DNA of 60,194 nucleotides from a bacterium. Lineage in GTDB: Bacteria; Actinomycetota; Acidimicrobiia; Spongiisociales; JAENVV01. Of the stretch, positions 36,604 through 46,432 are shown one piece after another. Where the stretch lies: the NCBI GenBank assembly GCA_024639975.1, contig JAHEFX010000004.1, positions 1 to 60,194 of the forward strand, given 5' to 3'. A program made the translations under genes and the position numbers. The notes beneath the pieces were generated by a model. The model ran no database searches and was not told where the DNA came from. It saw nothing but the letters and a program-made list of their open reading frames with translations. The stretch's first letter is position 1. Each line of letters starts with the position of its first letter.

Positions 36604-38778
36604 CTAGGACTTGAAGAGGTACTCGACGACCTCGGCGTCGGGGAAGAAGGCCGTCAACTCCTCGGCGAGTTCGGGATGCTCGGCTAGTTGTGGATCGACA
36701 TCGACGAGGGCGAAGGCGTCCTCGCGAGCACCGACCAGCAGGTCCGTGTCGCGCAGGATGTCGCCGAGGCGAAGATCGCCCCTCCCGGACTGGCGGTCGC
36801 CGAAGACCGAGCCCTGGCCTCGGATCTCGAGGTCTCGCTCGGCCAGGCGGAAGCCGTCCGTCGTCGCGACCATCGCCTCGATCCGCGCCTCGCCGTCCTC
36901 GGTGGTCGGGTCGGCGACCAGTACGCAATGACCGGGGTGGGCACCTCGTCCGACCCGGCCCCGGAGTTGGTGGAGCTGGGACAGCCCGAACCGGTCGGCG
37001 TCGAGGATCACCATCATCGTGGCGTTCGGGATGTCGATCCCGACCTCGATGACCGTCGTCGCCACGAGCAGGTCGACCGAGCCGGATCGCATCTGCTCCA
37101 TGGCTTCTGCCTTCTCCTCGGGTTTGAGCTGGCCGTGGAGGAGGCCGACGGCGAGGTCCGGGAAGAGGCCCGACAAGCGATCGTGCCATTCGGTCGCCGA
37201 AGCCGCCTCGACCTTCGAGGACTCCTCGACGAGGGGGCAGACAACGAACACCTGACGACCCGCCACCGCCTCCGAGCGCACCCGATCCCAGACCGGGTCG
37301 AGGTCGGTCGGGGTGACGGCCTCGGTGGTGGTGGGCGTGCGACCGGGGGGCATCTCGTCGAGGAGGCTGACGTCGAGGTCGCCGTAGAGCGTCATCGAGA
37401 GCGTTCTCGGGATCGGGGTCGCCGTCATGATCAGTTGGTCGGGCTCGATTGCGCCCGCCTGCTCCTTCAGGGCCACCCGCTGACCGACGCCGAACCGGTG
37501 CTGTTCATCGACCACGGCGGTGGACAACGCCGAGAAGGCAACTCCTTCCTGGATGAGCGCGTGGGTCCCGACCACGATGTCGACCCGACCATCGGCGATC
37601 ATCGAGACCAGCTCGGTTCGGTCGGCCCCCGGAGCAGCCGTGCAGAGCGCCTGGCTCCCGGTGAGCAGCGCGACCGAAACGGTTGGGCCCTCGGTGCCGG
37701 CCTCGAACAACGACCCGGTCCCCGATCCGTCGCTCTGGGCCGGCGCCAATCCGGCCCCCTCGAGCAGATCGGTGATCCCGAGGAAGTGCTGGGTCGCCAG
37801 GACCTCGGTCGGAGCCATCACGGCCCCTTGGTGGCCCGCTTCCACGGCGACCAACAGGGCTGCGACCGCAACGACCGTCTTGCCGGAGCCGACCTCGCCC
37901 TGCAGGAGCCGATGCATCGGGTGGGTGCTGGCCATGTCCTCGGTGATCTCGCCGATGACCCGACGCTGGGCATCGGTGAGCGGGAAGCCGAGGGCGCCCA
38001 CGAACGCCCCCACGAGTGACCCGTCTCCCCGATGGGCGACGCCGACCGCCGACTCGGCCTTCTGGCGCTTGGCGAGCGCCAGGGAGAGCTCGATCCGGAA
38101 GAACTCGTCGAAGACGAGTCGCTTTCGCGCCGTTCGGGCCTCACCGAGGTTCTCCGGGAAGTGGATGGCCTGCAGGGCGGCGGCTCGGTCGACGACCTCA
38201 CGGTGTCGTCGGATCCGGGCCGGGACCGGGTCGGCCACCGGCTGCGAGCGCCGAAGGGCGTTGTGGACCGCCTTGCGGAGGGTCGTGGGCCCGACATCGT
38301 TCACCGACCGGTGGATCGGGACCACCCGACCGGTGGTGAGCGATTCCCCGCCGGACAACACGTCGGCGACGGGGCTCTTCATCTGTAGTCGCCCCTTGAA
38401 GCGCTCGAGCTTGCCGGACAAGGCGACCTCGCGGTCCTTGAGCTGATTGACCCGGAACCCCTGGTTGAACCAGGTCACGGCAACCGTGCCCGACTCGTCG
38501 GCGACGACGGCGTTGACGAGGACGAGCCCTTTGCGGACCCGTCGACTCGAGATCGACGTGACGCGACCGATCACCGTCACCTCCTTGTCGACCGGCGCCT
38601 GGGCGAGGGGGACGACCGTCGAGCGGTCCAGGTATCGGCGGGGCGTGTGGAGGAGGAGGTCGGTCACCGACTCGACACCGCCGGCGCGCAACGCCCTGCC
38701 GCGCGCGCCGCCCAGCTCCTTGACCTCGGTCACGTCGACCGAGGTGAGGTAGGCGAGGCTGCGGCCACGGGTCGTCAT
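36604..38778 (-). CDS. recG: ATP-dependent DNA helicase RecG
   Basis: RLLQGEVGSGKT, DEQHRFG, MTATPIPRT, QLHQLRGRVGRG, DLEIRG. Confidence 0.97.
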   Translation of the reverse strand: MTTRGRSLAYLTSVDVTEVKELGGARGRALRAGGVESVTDLLLHTPRRYLDRSTVVPLAQAPVDKEVTVIGRVTSISSRRVRKGLVLVNAVVADESGTVAVTWFNQGFRVNQLKDREVALSGKLERFKGRLQMKSPVADVLSGGESLTTGRVVPIHRSVNDVGPTTLRKAVHNALRRSQPVADPVPARIRRHREVVDRAAALQAIHFPENLGEARTARKRLVFDEFFRIELSLALAKRQKAESAVGVAHRGDGSLVGAFVGALGFPLTDAQRRVIGEITEDMASTHPMHRLLQGEVGSGKTVVAVAALLVAVEAGHQGAVMAPTEVLATQHFLGITDLLEGAGLAPAQSDGSGTGSLFEAGTEGPTVSVALLTGSQALCTAAPGADRTELVSMIADGRVDIVVGTHALIQEGVAFSALSTAVVDEQHRFGVGQRVALKEQAGAIEPDQLIMTATPIPRTLSMTLYGDLDVSLLDEMPPGRTPTTTEAVTPTDLDPVWDRVRSEAVAGRQVFVVCPLVEESSKVEAASATEWHDRLSGLFPDLAVGLLHGQLKPEEKAEAMEQMRSGSVDLLVATTVIEVGIDIPNATMMVILDADRFGLSQLHQLRGRVGRGAHPGHCVLVADPTTEDGEARIEAMVATTDGFRLAERDLEIRGQGSVFGDRQSGRGDLRLGDILRDTDLLVGAREDAFALVDVDPQLAEHPELAEELTAFFPDAEVVEYLFKS

Positions 38779-38858
38779 CGACACCCATTGTCGTTGACGG
38801 GTGCGATACGAAGGTGCCTCCCGCAACGTAGGCTCATCGCACCCCCGGAGAGAGACCC

Positions 38859-39632
38859 ATGACCACTGACGAAACCACCCGACGAATCGGCCGCCTGCGC
38901 GGCTACAACCTCGGCATGGGCGTCCTGCACGCCGTGCAGGGCGTGGCCGTGGTGGCGCTCGCCAACGACTTCTCCCTCCCCGTCACCGCCGCGTTCCTCG
39001 CCGGTGCCCCCGGCCTTCCCGAGTCCTACACCGGCGTCGAGCAACTCTTCTCCATCAACCTCGCCTGGGGTGTGGCGGTGTTCCTCTTCCTGTCGGCACT
39101 GGCCCACTTCATCATCGCCTCCCCGGGTGTCTTCACCTGGTATGGCGACAACCTCCGGAAGAACCGGAACTACGCCCGATGGGTCGAGTACTCGATCTCC
39201 TCCTCGGTCATGGTGATCCTGATCGCCATGCTCACCGGTCTCAGCGACCTTGCGGCGCTGATCGCCATCTTCGGCGTCAACGCCTCCATGATCCTCTTCG
39301 GTTGGCTGGTCGAGCGTGACCACGAGCCCGGTCAGAAGGGGTGGGGACTGCCGTTCTTCTTCGGGTGCATCGCCGGCATCGTTCCCTGGATCGCCATCGG
39401 CATCTACCTCTGGAGCCCCACGGTCGAAGGCGGCCCTCCCAGCTTCGTGTACTGGATCTTCTTCTCGCTGTTCATCTTCTTCAACTCGTTCGCGTTGAAC
39501 CAGATCCTGCAGTACAAGCCCGTGGGCAAGTGGCGCGACTACCTGTTCGGCGAATCCGCCTACGTGGCGCTCAGCCTCGTGGCCAAGTCGTTGCTCGCCT
39601 GGCAGGTGTTCGCCGGGGCCCTCACCGTCTGA
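38859..39632 (+). CDS. heR: Heliorhodopsin (HeR)
   Basis: 7 hydrophobic helices; LHAVQ (TM1 His), LAHF (TM2 His), RWVEYSISSSVM (counterion Glu), GESAY..LSLVAKSLLAWQ (retinal-binding Lys). Confidence 0.95.
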   Translation: MTTDETTRRIGRLRGYNLGMGVLHAVQGVAVVALANDFSLPVTAAFLAGAPGLPESYTGVEQLFSINLAWGVAVFLFLSALAHFIIASPGVFTWYGDNLRKNRNYARWVEYSISSSVMVILIAMLTGLSDLAALIAIFGVNASMILFGWLVERDHEPGQKGWGLPFFFGCIAGIVPWIAIGIYLWSPTVEGGPPSFVYWIFFSLFIFFNSFALNQILQYKPVGKWRDYLFGESAYVALSLVAKSLLAWQVFAGALTV

Positions 39633-39711
39633 TCGGAGCCGGTTTCGGGTTTCCATTGACGGGACCCATTGCTACTCTGCGGCCGATCCCTCCTCTCCCC
39701 ACAGGTTTGTC

Positions 39712-39900
39712 ATGTCCTACCGCTGCGAGATCTGCCAGAAGGAACCGAGCTTCGGCAAGCAGGTCACCTTCTCCCACAAGCGCTCTTCGCGCCGCTGGAA
39801 CCCGAACATCCAGAAGGTGCGCGTCAAGCACGGCTCCAACACCCGCAAGGCCCGCGTCTGCACGTCATGCATTCGGGCCGGCAAGGTCGAGAAGGCCTAG
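39712..39900 (+). CDS. rpmB: 50S ribosomal protein L28
   Basis: MSYRCEIC.K.P.FG...SH..RRWNPNIQ...VCTSCIRAGKV. Confidence 0.97.
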   Translation: MSYRCEICQKEPSFGKQVTFSHKRSSRRWNPNIQKVRVKHGSNTRKARVCTSCIRAGKVEKA

Positions 39901-39904
39901 TCGG

Positions 39905-40117
39905 GTGCAAGGCGTCGTCAAGGTCTACGACACCGCCACGTCGACCGGCGTGGTCCTGCTCGATGCCGACCGGTCCGAGGTCTACCTCCGTCCCGGGTCG
40001 CTCGAGGGCTCCATCTTCCGGATGCTCCGCCAGGGCCAGCGCGTCGTCGTCGACGTCACCGAGGACGACGGCAAGCGCTTCGTCACCCGCGTCGGGTTGG
40101 GCACAGAAGGCGCCTGA
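39905..40117 (+). CDS. Small cold-shock-domain-like (OB-fold) protein
   Basis: VQGVVKVYD...GVVL.D...FRMLRQGQRV, resembling the actinobacterial CSD-like family. Confidence 0.75.
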   Translation: MQGVVKVYDTATSTGVVLLDADRSEVYLRPGSLEGSIFRMLRQGQRVVVDVTEDDGKRFVTRVGLGTEGA

Positions 40118-40138
40118 CCGGCAATCGCCAATGGATCT

Positions 40139-40163
40139 GAAGGCCGGGCATCGCCCGGCCTTC
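40139..40163 (+). terminator. Intrinsic terminator
   Basis: GAAGGCCGGGC-ATC-GCCCGGCCTTC followed by the pyrimidine-rich TCTCGTTT. Confidence 0.75.
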
Positions 40164-40187
40164 TCTCGTTTGGAGTACGCTCGCCCC

Positions 40188-40421
40188 ATGGTCAAGGCGT
40201 ACGTTCTCATCCAGACCGAAGTAGGCAAGGCGGCACCGGTGGCGGAGGCGGTCCGAGCCATCGATGGCGTGGAGGCCGCAGACGACGTCACCGGCCCCTA
40301 CGACGTCATCGTGAAGGCATCGGCGTCCAACGTCGACGACCTCGGACGCATGGTGGTTGCATCGATCCAACAGATCGACGGCATCACCCGCACCCTCACC
40401 TGCCCGGTCGTCCACCTGTAG
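40188..40421 (+). CDS. Lrp/AsnC ligand-binding domain protein
   Basis: MVKAYVLIQTEVGKA...VTGPYDVIV...GITRTLTCPVVHL. Confidence 0.92.
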   Translation: MVKAYVLIQTEVGKAAPVAEAVRAIDGVEAADDVTGPYDVIVKASASNVDDLGRMVVASIQQIDGITRTLTCPVVHL

Positions 40422-40470
40422 CCGGCCTCCGGCCGGCTGCACTCAGCCGGCTCGGTGGCTTCCGGCCCAG

Positions 40471-41565
40471 CTAGCCCAGCTTTGCGGCGATGCTGCCGGC
40501 GTCGCGGAGGGCCATGCCGTCGGCGCCCACCGCGGTCCATCCAGGACCCTTGCCCCGGTCAGCCTCTTCGAGCAGGTCCCGCACGAGCTGGGGCGTCGTC
40601 ACCCCACCGGCCGACCAGAGGTAGTGGCTGAGCGAGCCGGGCGGGTTGTTGATCTCATTCACGTAGAGGGCGTCGCCGTGATGGAGGAAGTCGAGCCGTG
40701 AGACACCGCGGACCCCGGTCAGACGGGCGACGGTCGCTGCGAGCGACCGGATCCGCTCCGCCAGCTCTTCGGGGATGTCGGCTGGGAGCTCACGTCGTGA
40801 TCCTTCGAGTCCACCACCACTCAAGTACTTCTCCTTGTAGTCGTACAAGGCGCCACCTCGCAGTGGTCGCTCGATGGGGCTGAGTTCGAGCTCCGGCCAG
40901 GTTCGGATGGAGATGTTCAGGTCGTCGGCACCCTCGAGGAACGGCTCGAGGACTCCGCCGGCGACGTAGTGCGGCGAGCTCTTGGTGAGAGCCAAGGCGG
41001 TGGCATGGTCCTCGACGACCTCGATGCCGATGGACGAGCCGCCGAAACGGGGTTTGGCGATGTACGGACCCTCGAAGTCGGGGATCACGGCCTCGTCGAT
41101 CGGGCGGCGAGGAAGGGTCGGGAGGCCGGCGGTCTCCATGACCGCACCGAAGGCGAGCTTGTCCATGGCGAGCGAGGCCGACCAGGTGGCCGGGCCCGAT
41201 GACCGGATACCGGCGATGTCCAATGCCGCCTGGAGGGCCCCGTCCTCTCCGGGACCACCGTGGCACGCATTGACGACGGCTTCGACACCGAGCGGCTTGG
41301 GCCGTCCCAACCGCCCTTCGGCGACCCAGCCTGCGCCGGGAGCGGCAACGAACCCGAGCTCCTCGGACCCCTTCGGCACCCCTTCGATGAAGTCCGCCGC
41401 CTCGGCGTTGACCGGCACCTCGTACCAGTCTCCCGTCTTGGTCCAGTACAGCGCCCGGACCTCGGTACCGGACTCGTGGAGGGTGCGTGCGGCCATGAGG
41501 CCGGTGAGGATGGAGATGTCGTGTTCTGGCGAGGGACCACCGAACACCACCGCATGACGACTCAT
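40471..41565 (-). CDS. ddl: D-alanine--D-alanine ligase family protein
   Basis: VFGGPSPEHDISI, HGGPGEDG, MDK, KPRFGGSSIG, YDYKEKY, RLDF, NEINNPPGS. Confidence 0.88.
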   Translation of the reverse strand: MSRHAVVFGGPSPEHDISILTGLMAARTLHESGTEVRALYWTKTGDWYEVPVNAEAADFIEGVPKGSEELGFVAAPGAGWVAEGRLGRPKPLGVEAVVNACHGGPGEDGALQAALDIAGIRSSGPATWSASLAMDKLAFGAVMETAGLPTLPRRPIDEAVIPDFEGPYIAKPRFGGSSIGIEVVEDHATALALTKSSPHYVAGGVLEPFLEGADDLNISIRTWPELELSPIERPLRGGALYDYKEKYLSGGGLEGSRRELPADIPEELAERIRSLAATVARLTGVRGVSRLDFLHHGDALYVNEINNPPGSLSHYLWSAGGVTTPQLVRDLLEEADRGKGPGWTAVGADGMALRDAGSIAAKLG

Positions 41566-41605
41566 GGGCGTGAGGCTAGGAGTCCTGCCGGGTTGCTCCT
41601 ACGAC

Positions 41606-43144
41606 CTACGGGTAGTGGTCGGGGAGGTCGTTCTCGTACAGCACCACGTCGCCCTGTCGGAGGGTGGCCCGCACCCACTCGATCGCCTCGTCGCGGCTCG
41701 GGGCGAAGCGCACGTCGGCTTGACCGGTGTTGGCCCCCTTGCGGAGGGCAACCCGATTGGTCCGCTTCACGATGACGACGTCATCGGCCACCTCCGCCGC
41801 CCGCTCGCCGAACGCCTCATTGGCCGACGCCTGCTCCCTGCCGAGCTCGACCATGCCGGGGGTCACCACGACTCGGCGCCCGGTCCCCGTCCCCGCGAGC
41901 AACTCCAGCGCTGCCTCCGCCCCGGCGGGGTTCGAGTTGAACGTGTCGTCGATGACCCAGAACCCGCCCTTGCCCAGGGTGACCGACTGACGATGGTCGG
42001 GGGTGTCCGAGTCCGCGAAGGCCTCTGCCATCCCGTCGAGGGCGACACCGGCCGCGACACCGATCCCCACGGCCAGGGCGAGGTTGGTCGGGAAGGGCAC
42101 CGCCGGCAGGCGGGCGACCTCGGCCCCGTCGACGACGACGGCCCACCCGTCCTCGGCAGGGGTGACGCGGACTGCGACCTCCTCTGACTCGACGCCGGTT
42201 CGGACGACCCGCTTCCCGGATGCCTCGAGCTCGTCGGCGAGGCCGGCCAGTCGCTCATCGTCGACGTTCAGCACGACGGTCCGAGCCCGCTCGGTGATCT
42301 CGGCCTTGGAACGAAGCGTGGTGTCGAGCGACCCGAACCGCTCCAGGTGCACCGGACCGATCGCCGTGATCGCCGCGATGTCGGGTGGGATCCACTCACA
42401 GAGCGATCCGATCTCCCCCGGTCCGTAGCTCCCCATTTCGGCGATGAACCACTCGGTCCCCGGCGACAGGTGCTCGTTCACCGTCCGGGCGAGCCCCATC
42501 GCGTTGTTGAACGAGGCCGGGCTGGCGACGGTCGGGGCCGACGCTGCCAGGACCCGCCGGACGTACTCCTTCGTGGTCGTCTTGCCGTAGGACCCGGTGA
42601 TGGCCACGACGCTCGGACCGACCATGCGCATGCCGGCACGGGCCTTGTCGATCCACTTGCGCTGCGACCGCTTCTCGATCGGTGCGAGCACCACGAGGGC
42701 GACGTCGACCAGGACGTCGATGGCGAACAGCCCGAAGATGAGACCGGCCGCGTAGTCGGAGCCGGGAATGAGCGAGACGACGGCCGTCACGAGGACGGCC
42801 AGGCCACCCGTCGTGAAAGCCACCTTCTTCAGTCGATCGGTCCAGGCGAGGGCGGATGTGGTCCCTCGCGCCGGGAGCCCGACCGGGAACACGGCACCCA
42901 GGGCCGCAGCGATGAGGACGAACCAGAGACCGAGATCGGTGAGGACGGCCCCCACGAGGGCGGCGACGGCCGCGAAACCAATGGTGACGTTGAGCGGCGT
43001 CGAGAGCCACCAGCGGACCAAGAAGCGTGTGACCGAGCCGGGCAGGTAGTGCTCTCGTTGGGCGACCCGGAGCCATCGCAGACCGAGCGGAACGGCCGCG
43101 GCAAGCGTCGCCGTCGTGGCGACCAGCGCCTCCCACCAGGTCAT
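41606..43144 (-). CDS. murF: MurF-like Mur ligase with N-terminal transmembrane domain
   Basis: About 5 N-terminal TM helices, then ITGSYGKTTTKE, EMG, HLERF, IDDTFNSNP, TPGMVELG, ENDLPD. Confidence 0.85.
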   Translation of the reverse strand: MTWWEALVATTATLAAAVPLGLRWLRVAQREHYLPGSVTRFLVRWWLSTPLNVTIGFAAVAALVGAVLTDLGLWFVLIAAALGAVFPVGLPARGTTSALAWTDRLKKVAFTTGGLAVLVTAVVSLIPGSDYAAGLIFGLFAIDVLVDVALVVLAPIEKRSQRKWIDKARAGMRMVGPSVVAITGSYGKTTTKEYVRRVLAASAPTVASPASFNNAMGLARTVNEHLSPGTEWFIAEMGSYGPGEIGSLCEWIPPDIAAITAIGPVHLERFGSLDTTLRSKAEITERARTVVLNVDDERLAGLADELEASGKRVVRTGVESEEVAVRVTPAEDGWAVVVDGAEVARLPAVPFPTNLALAVGIGVAAGVALDGMAEAFADSDTPDHRQSVTLGKGGFWVIDDTFNSNPAGAEAALELLAGTGTGRRVVVTPGMVELGREQASANEAFGERAAEVADDVVIVKRTNRVALRKGANTGQADVRFAPSRDEAIEWVRATLRQGDVVLYENDLPDHYP

Positions 43145-43860
43145 GCCAGATCCGCCACGGCCGCTTGGATCAGGTCTGGGCGGGAGCGATGGACGTCGTG
43201 GCCGACTCCCTCGACCACGTCGAGAACCGCATCGTCGACCAGCGCGACCGCCTCGCGGGCGATGTCGGGGTGGGCGGCGGTGTCCTCGCCACCCCAGACC
43301 ATCCGAACGGGGACGTCGAGCTCGGCCAGCTCGGCGGCGTAGGACTCGTTCACGGCACGTACGAGCACGTCACGCATGATCCCCGATGCCGCTCGGTAGT
43401 CGGCGGAGCCGTACTTCTGGCGGGCCGCCTCGAGGCGATCGTCCGAGACGAGACCGCGATCGTGGGCCCAGCGGACGAAGCGGTACCCGGTCGGCGACTT
43501 GCCGCTGCCGGCCCGGCGGAGCAGGGGGACGCCGGCGAGCACCAGACCCCTGACGGGCACGCCGTCGGCGGCGAGGCACACGGCGATCCGCCCCCCGAAC
43601 GAGTGGCCGACCACGACCGGTGGTTCGTCGAGCGCGGCGATGGCGGGCGCAAGTGCCGCTGCGTACTCGTGGGCCCCCCAAGCCTCCGGAGGGACAGGTG
43701 ATGCCCCGAATCCGGGCAGATCGACGGCGATACGGCCCGCGTCCGGCAGAACCCCGTCCCAATCGGAGCGGTTCCTTCCCCAGCCATGGAGGCAGACGAC
43801 CGTGTGGGGCTCGGGGCCGACGTCGGCGAACACCCCTTCGGCGATCGCGCGAAGAGCCAC
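43141..43860 (-). CDS. Alpha/beta hydrolase
   Basis: LHGWG, DLPGFG, GHSFGG nucleophile motif, C-terminal GH. Confidence 0.9.
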   Translation of the reverse strand: MALRAIAEGVFADVGPEPHTVVCLHGWGRNRSDWDGVLPDAGRIAVDLPGFGASPVPPEAWGAHEYAAALAPAIAALDEPPVVVGHSFGGRIAVCLAADGVPVRGLVLAGVPLLRRAGSGKSPTGYRFVRWAHDRGLVSDDRLEAARQKYGSADYRAASGIMRDVLVRAVNESYAAELAELDVPVRMVWGGEDTAAHPDIAREAVALVDDAVLDVVEGVGHDVHRSRPDLIQAAVADLA

Positions 43861-44639
43861 TACTCGCTCGGCGCGGCGATGGCATGGAAACCGCCATCGA
43901 CGTGGACGATCTCACCGGACGTCATGGGAGCCCAGTCGCTGAGCAGGACACACACCATCTTCGCCACGGGCTCCGGATCGTTCTGGTCCCAGCCGAGTGG
44001 GGCACGGTCGCCCCAGACGTCCTTGAACTGGGTGAAGCCCGGGATGGACTTCGCCGCGACGGTCGCCAGTGGCCCGGCCGAGACGGCGTTCACGCGGATG
44101 CCCGAGCCCCCGAGGTCACGGGCGAGGTAGCGCGTGGTTGCCTGCAGGGCGGCTTTGGCAACCCCCATCCAGTCGTAGCCGGGCCAGGCCTGTCGGTTGT
44201 CGAAGTCCATGGCGACGAGGGCACCGCCCCCCGCCTCCTCCATGAGCGGTCGGAGGCCCACGGCGAGCGTCTTGTAGGAGAAGGCCGAGACGCCGAATGC
44301 CGTCTGGGCACTCTCCACGGGTGTGTTCAGGAAATTGCCACCCAGGGCGTCTTCGGGCGCAAAGGCGATGGAATGGAGCGCCCCGTCCACCGATCCCCAG
44401 CGCTGCTTCAGCTCGGTAGCCAGGGCTTCCATGTGGGCGTCGTCCATGATGTCGAGCTCGAGGACGTCGGGCGGGTCGGGCAGTCGCTTCGCCGAGCGTT
44501 CGGTGAGGCGGATGGCCCGCCCGAAACCGGTCAACACGATCTCGGCACCCTGCTCCTGCGCGATGCGGGCAGCATGGAACGCAATCGAATCTGGGTTCAG
44601 GACCCCCGTGATCACCAGTCGCTTGCCGTCCAGCAGCAT
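43860..44639 (-). CDS. fabI: Enoyl-ACP reductase (FabI/InhA)
   Basis: ITGV...SIAF, HSIAFAP, YDWMGVAKAAL, IVHVDGG. Confidence 0.94.
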   Translation of the reverse strand: MLLDGKRLVITGVLNPDSIAFHAARIAQEQGAEIVLTGFGRAIRLTERSAKRLPDPPDVLELDIMDDAHMEALATELKQRWGSVDGALHSIAFAPEDALGGNFLNTPVESAQTAFGVSAFSYKTLAVGLRPLMEEAGGGALVAMDFDNRQAWPGYDWMGVAKAALQATTRYLARDLGGSGIRVNAVSAGPLATVAAKSIPGFTQFKDVWGDRAPLGWDQNDPEPVAKMVCVLLSDWAPMTSGEIVHVDGGFHAIAAPSE

Positions 44640-44685
44640 CCGCTCTCCTCGTTCGGTCGCCGGATGGTACCGGTGGGACCCGCCG

Positions 44686-45990
44686 CTACCCGGCCTTCGC
44701 CTCCTCGTGGTCGAAGACGTGGGCGTTGTGGGCGAACCGCTTCCAGTTGAAGGCGTGCATCGCCTCCTCGTGGCTCGGCGGGAAGACGAGGGCAGCGGCG
44801 ATCGCCCCGGCCACGCAAGCCACCCCACAGATACTGAACGCCAACGGGAAGTTCCCGAGGTCACCGAGGGCACCGCCGAGGATGGGGAACGCGATCCCGC
44901 CGAATCCGTAGGCGAGGAACACCCAGGGGTAATTGGCGCCAACGGTCGCGTTGCCGAACTCGTCGGCCGTGATGGCCGGGAACAGAGCGAAGTTGCCACC
45001 GAAGTTGAACCCGATCAACGCTGCTGCGAGGTAGAGCAAGTACTCCTGGCCGGCCATCGTGATGAACAGGAACATCAGCGCCCCCTGTGTCGACGCCATG
45101 ACGACCACGGAACGCTTCCTGCCGAACCGGTCACTCAGCACGCCCCAGGTCAGTCTGCCGATGCCGTTCGCGAGGCTGAAGAAGACCGCCATCGCCGTGC
45201 CGGCGATCGCACTCGCCTCGACCGGGGACATGCCGCCTCCCACCAGCACCTCGACCGGATACAGCTTCATCAGGCCGATCGCCATGAGACCGGCGCCGGC
45301 CGAGACCATGAACGTCAGGGAGATCAAGTGGAACTGGGGGGTGCGGAGCATCTCACGAGGGGTGAAGTCGACCGTACCGACTGCCTCCCCCTTCGGTGGT
45401 GTGAATCCCTCGGGGAGCCAGCCGTCGTCTGGGTATCGCATCCAGGTGGCACCGACGAGCACGAGCACCGCAAAAGCGATGCCATAGGTGATGAAGGTGC
45501 CGGAGAGACCGATCGACTCGATGAGCCCACCCCAGTCACCGGCGAGCTTGACCCAGCCCAGCGCACCGAAGCCGAAGCCTGCCACGGCAACGCCCGAGAT
45601 CATGCCCTTCCGATCGGGGAACCACCGCATGCCGACGGCGATCGGCACCACGTACCCGAGACCGATCCCGGAACCGCCGACGAGCCCGACCCCGAAGAGC
45701 ACCATCCAAAAGTCGGTGCCACCGGTGATGCCGGCGATGGCGTAGCCCGCCCCGAGCGTGACCGCACCGGCCACGGCGAGCGTCCTGGGGCCCCACGTGG
45801 CGAGCTTGCGGCCGGCGAACACCATGACGAATGCGAACGCCGCCAAGCCCACGGAGAAGACGATCGTCGTCTCGACATTGCTCCACCCGGCCTCGACGAG
45901 ACCGGGGGTGAACACCGGCCAGGCGTAGATCGCCCCCAGACAAACCTGCATGAGAACCGCGCCGAACACGACCGGCCACCGTCGAACCAC
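44686..45990 (-). CDS. MFS transporter, OFA (oxalate/formate antiporter)-like
   Basis: LGAIYAW, GIGLGY..P, WFPDRKG..SG...GFG, NGIGR..WG.LSDRFGR; about 12 TM helices. Confidence 0.9.
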   Translation of the reverse strand: MVRRWPVVFGAVLMQVCLGAIYAWPVFTPGLVEAGWSNVETTIVFSVGLAAFAFVMVFAGRKLATWGPRTLAVAGAVTLGAGYAIAGITGGTDFWMVLFGVGLVGGSGIGLGYVVPIAVGMRWFPDRKGMISGVAVAGFGFGALGWVKLAGDWGGLIESIGLSGTFITYGIAFAVLVLVGATWMRYPDDGWLPEGFTPPKGEAVGTVDFTPREMLRTPQFHLISLTFMVSAGAGLMAIGLMKLYPVEVLVGGGMSPVEASAIAGTAMAVFFSLANGIGRLTWGVLSDRFGRKRSVVVMASTQGALMFLFITMAGQEYLLYLAAALIGFNFGGNFALFPAITADEFGNATVGANYPWVFLAYGFGGIAFPILGGALGDLGNFPLAFSICGVACVAGAIAAALVFPPSHEEAMHAFNWKRFAHNAHVFDHEEAKAG

Positions 45991-46046
45991 CGCGAACTCC
46001 TCCGGGGACTGCCCCAAGGCTACCGAAGCCCCGGGACGGCTCGATC

Positions 46047-46412
46047 TCAGAGAGACGCGCCGAAGGTCATCCAGGCCCGGAGTCCGAGGCCGCTTACGAA
46101 GAGCAGCAACAGGCCCCATCGGAGTGCCGGGTTGGCGGCCAGCTGTGCTTTGTAGATGTAGGCGAAGGCGACGGCGAAGAGGACGACGATGCCATAGAAG
46201 AGATGGAACGAACCGGGATCCAGACCCTGCCAATAGAGGAGCAGCCCGAGGCCGGTCTGCACGACGGACATGAACAACCCCGCGATCGTGCCGAGAGCGA
46301 ACCACGGACCCGCTTCGGCCTTGGCGATCGCGGCACCAACCCCCCACAGGCCGACGAGGCCGGTGAAGACGATCGTGACCCAACCGGTCACTTCATGGAT
46401 GTCTCCGAGCAC
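46047..46412 (-). CDS. Hypothetical membrane protein (4 TM)
   Basis: 121 aa, hydrophobic, with an HLFYG motif. Confidence 0.75.
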   Translation of the reverse strand: MLGDIHEVTGWVTIVFTGLVGLWGVGAAIAKAEAGPWFALGTIAGLFMSVVQTGLGLLLYWQGLDPGSFHLFYGIVVLFAVAFAYIYKAQLAANPALRWGLLLLFVSGLGLRAWMTFGASL

Positions 46413-46432
46413 GGGGGGCAGTATGCCCCTCG

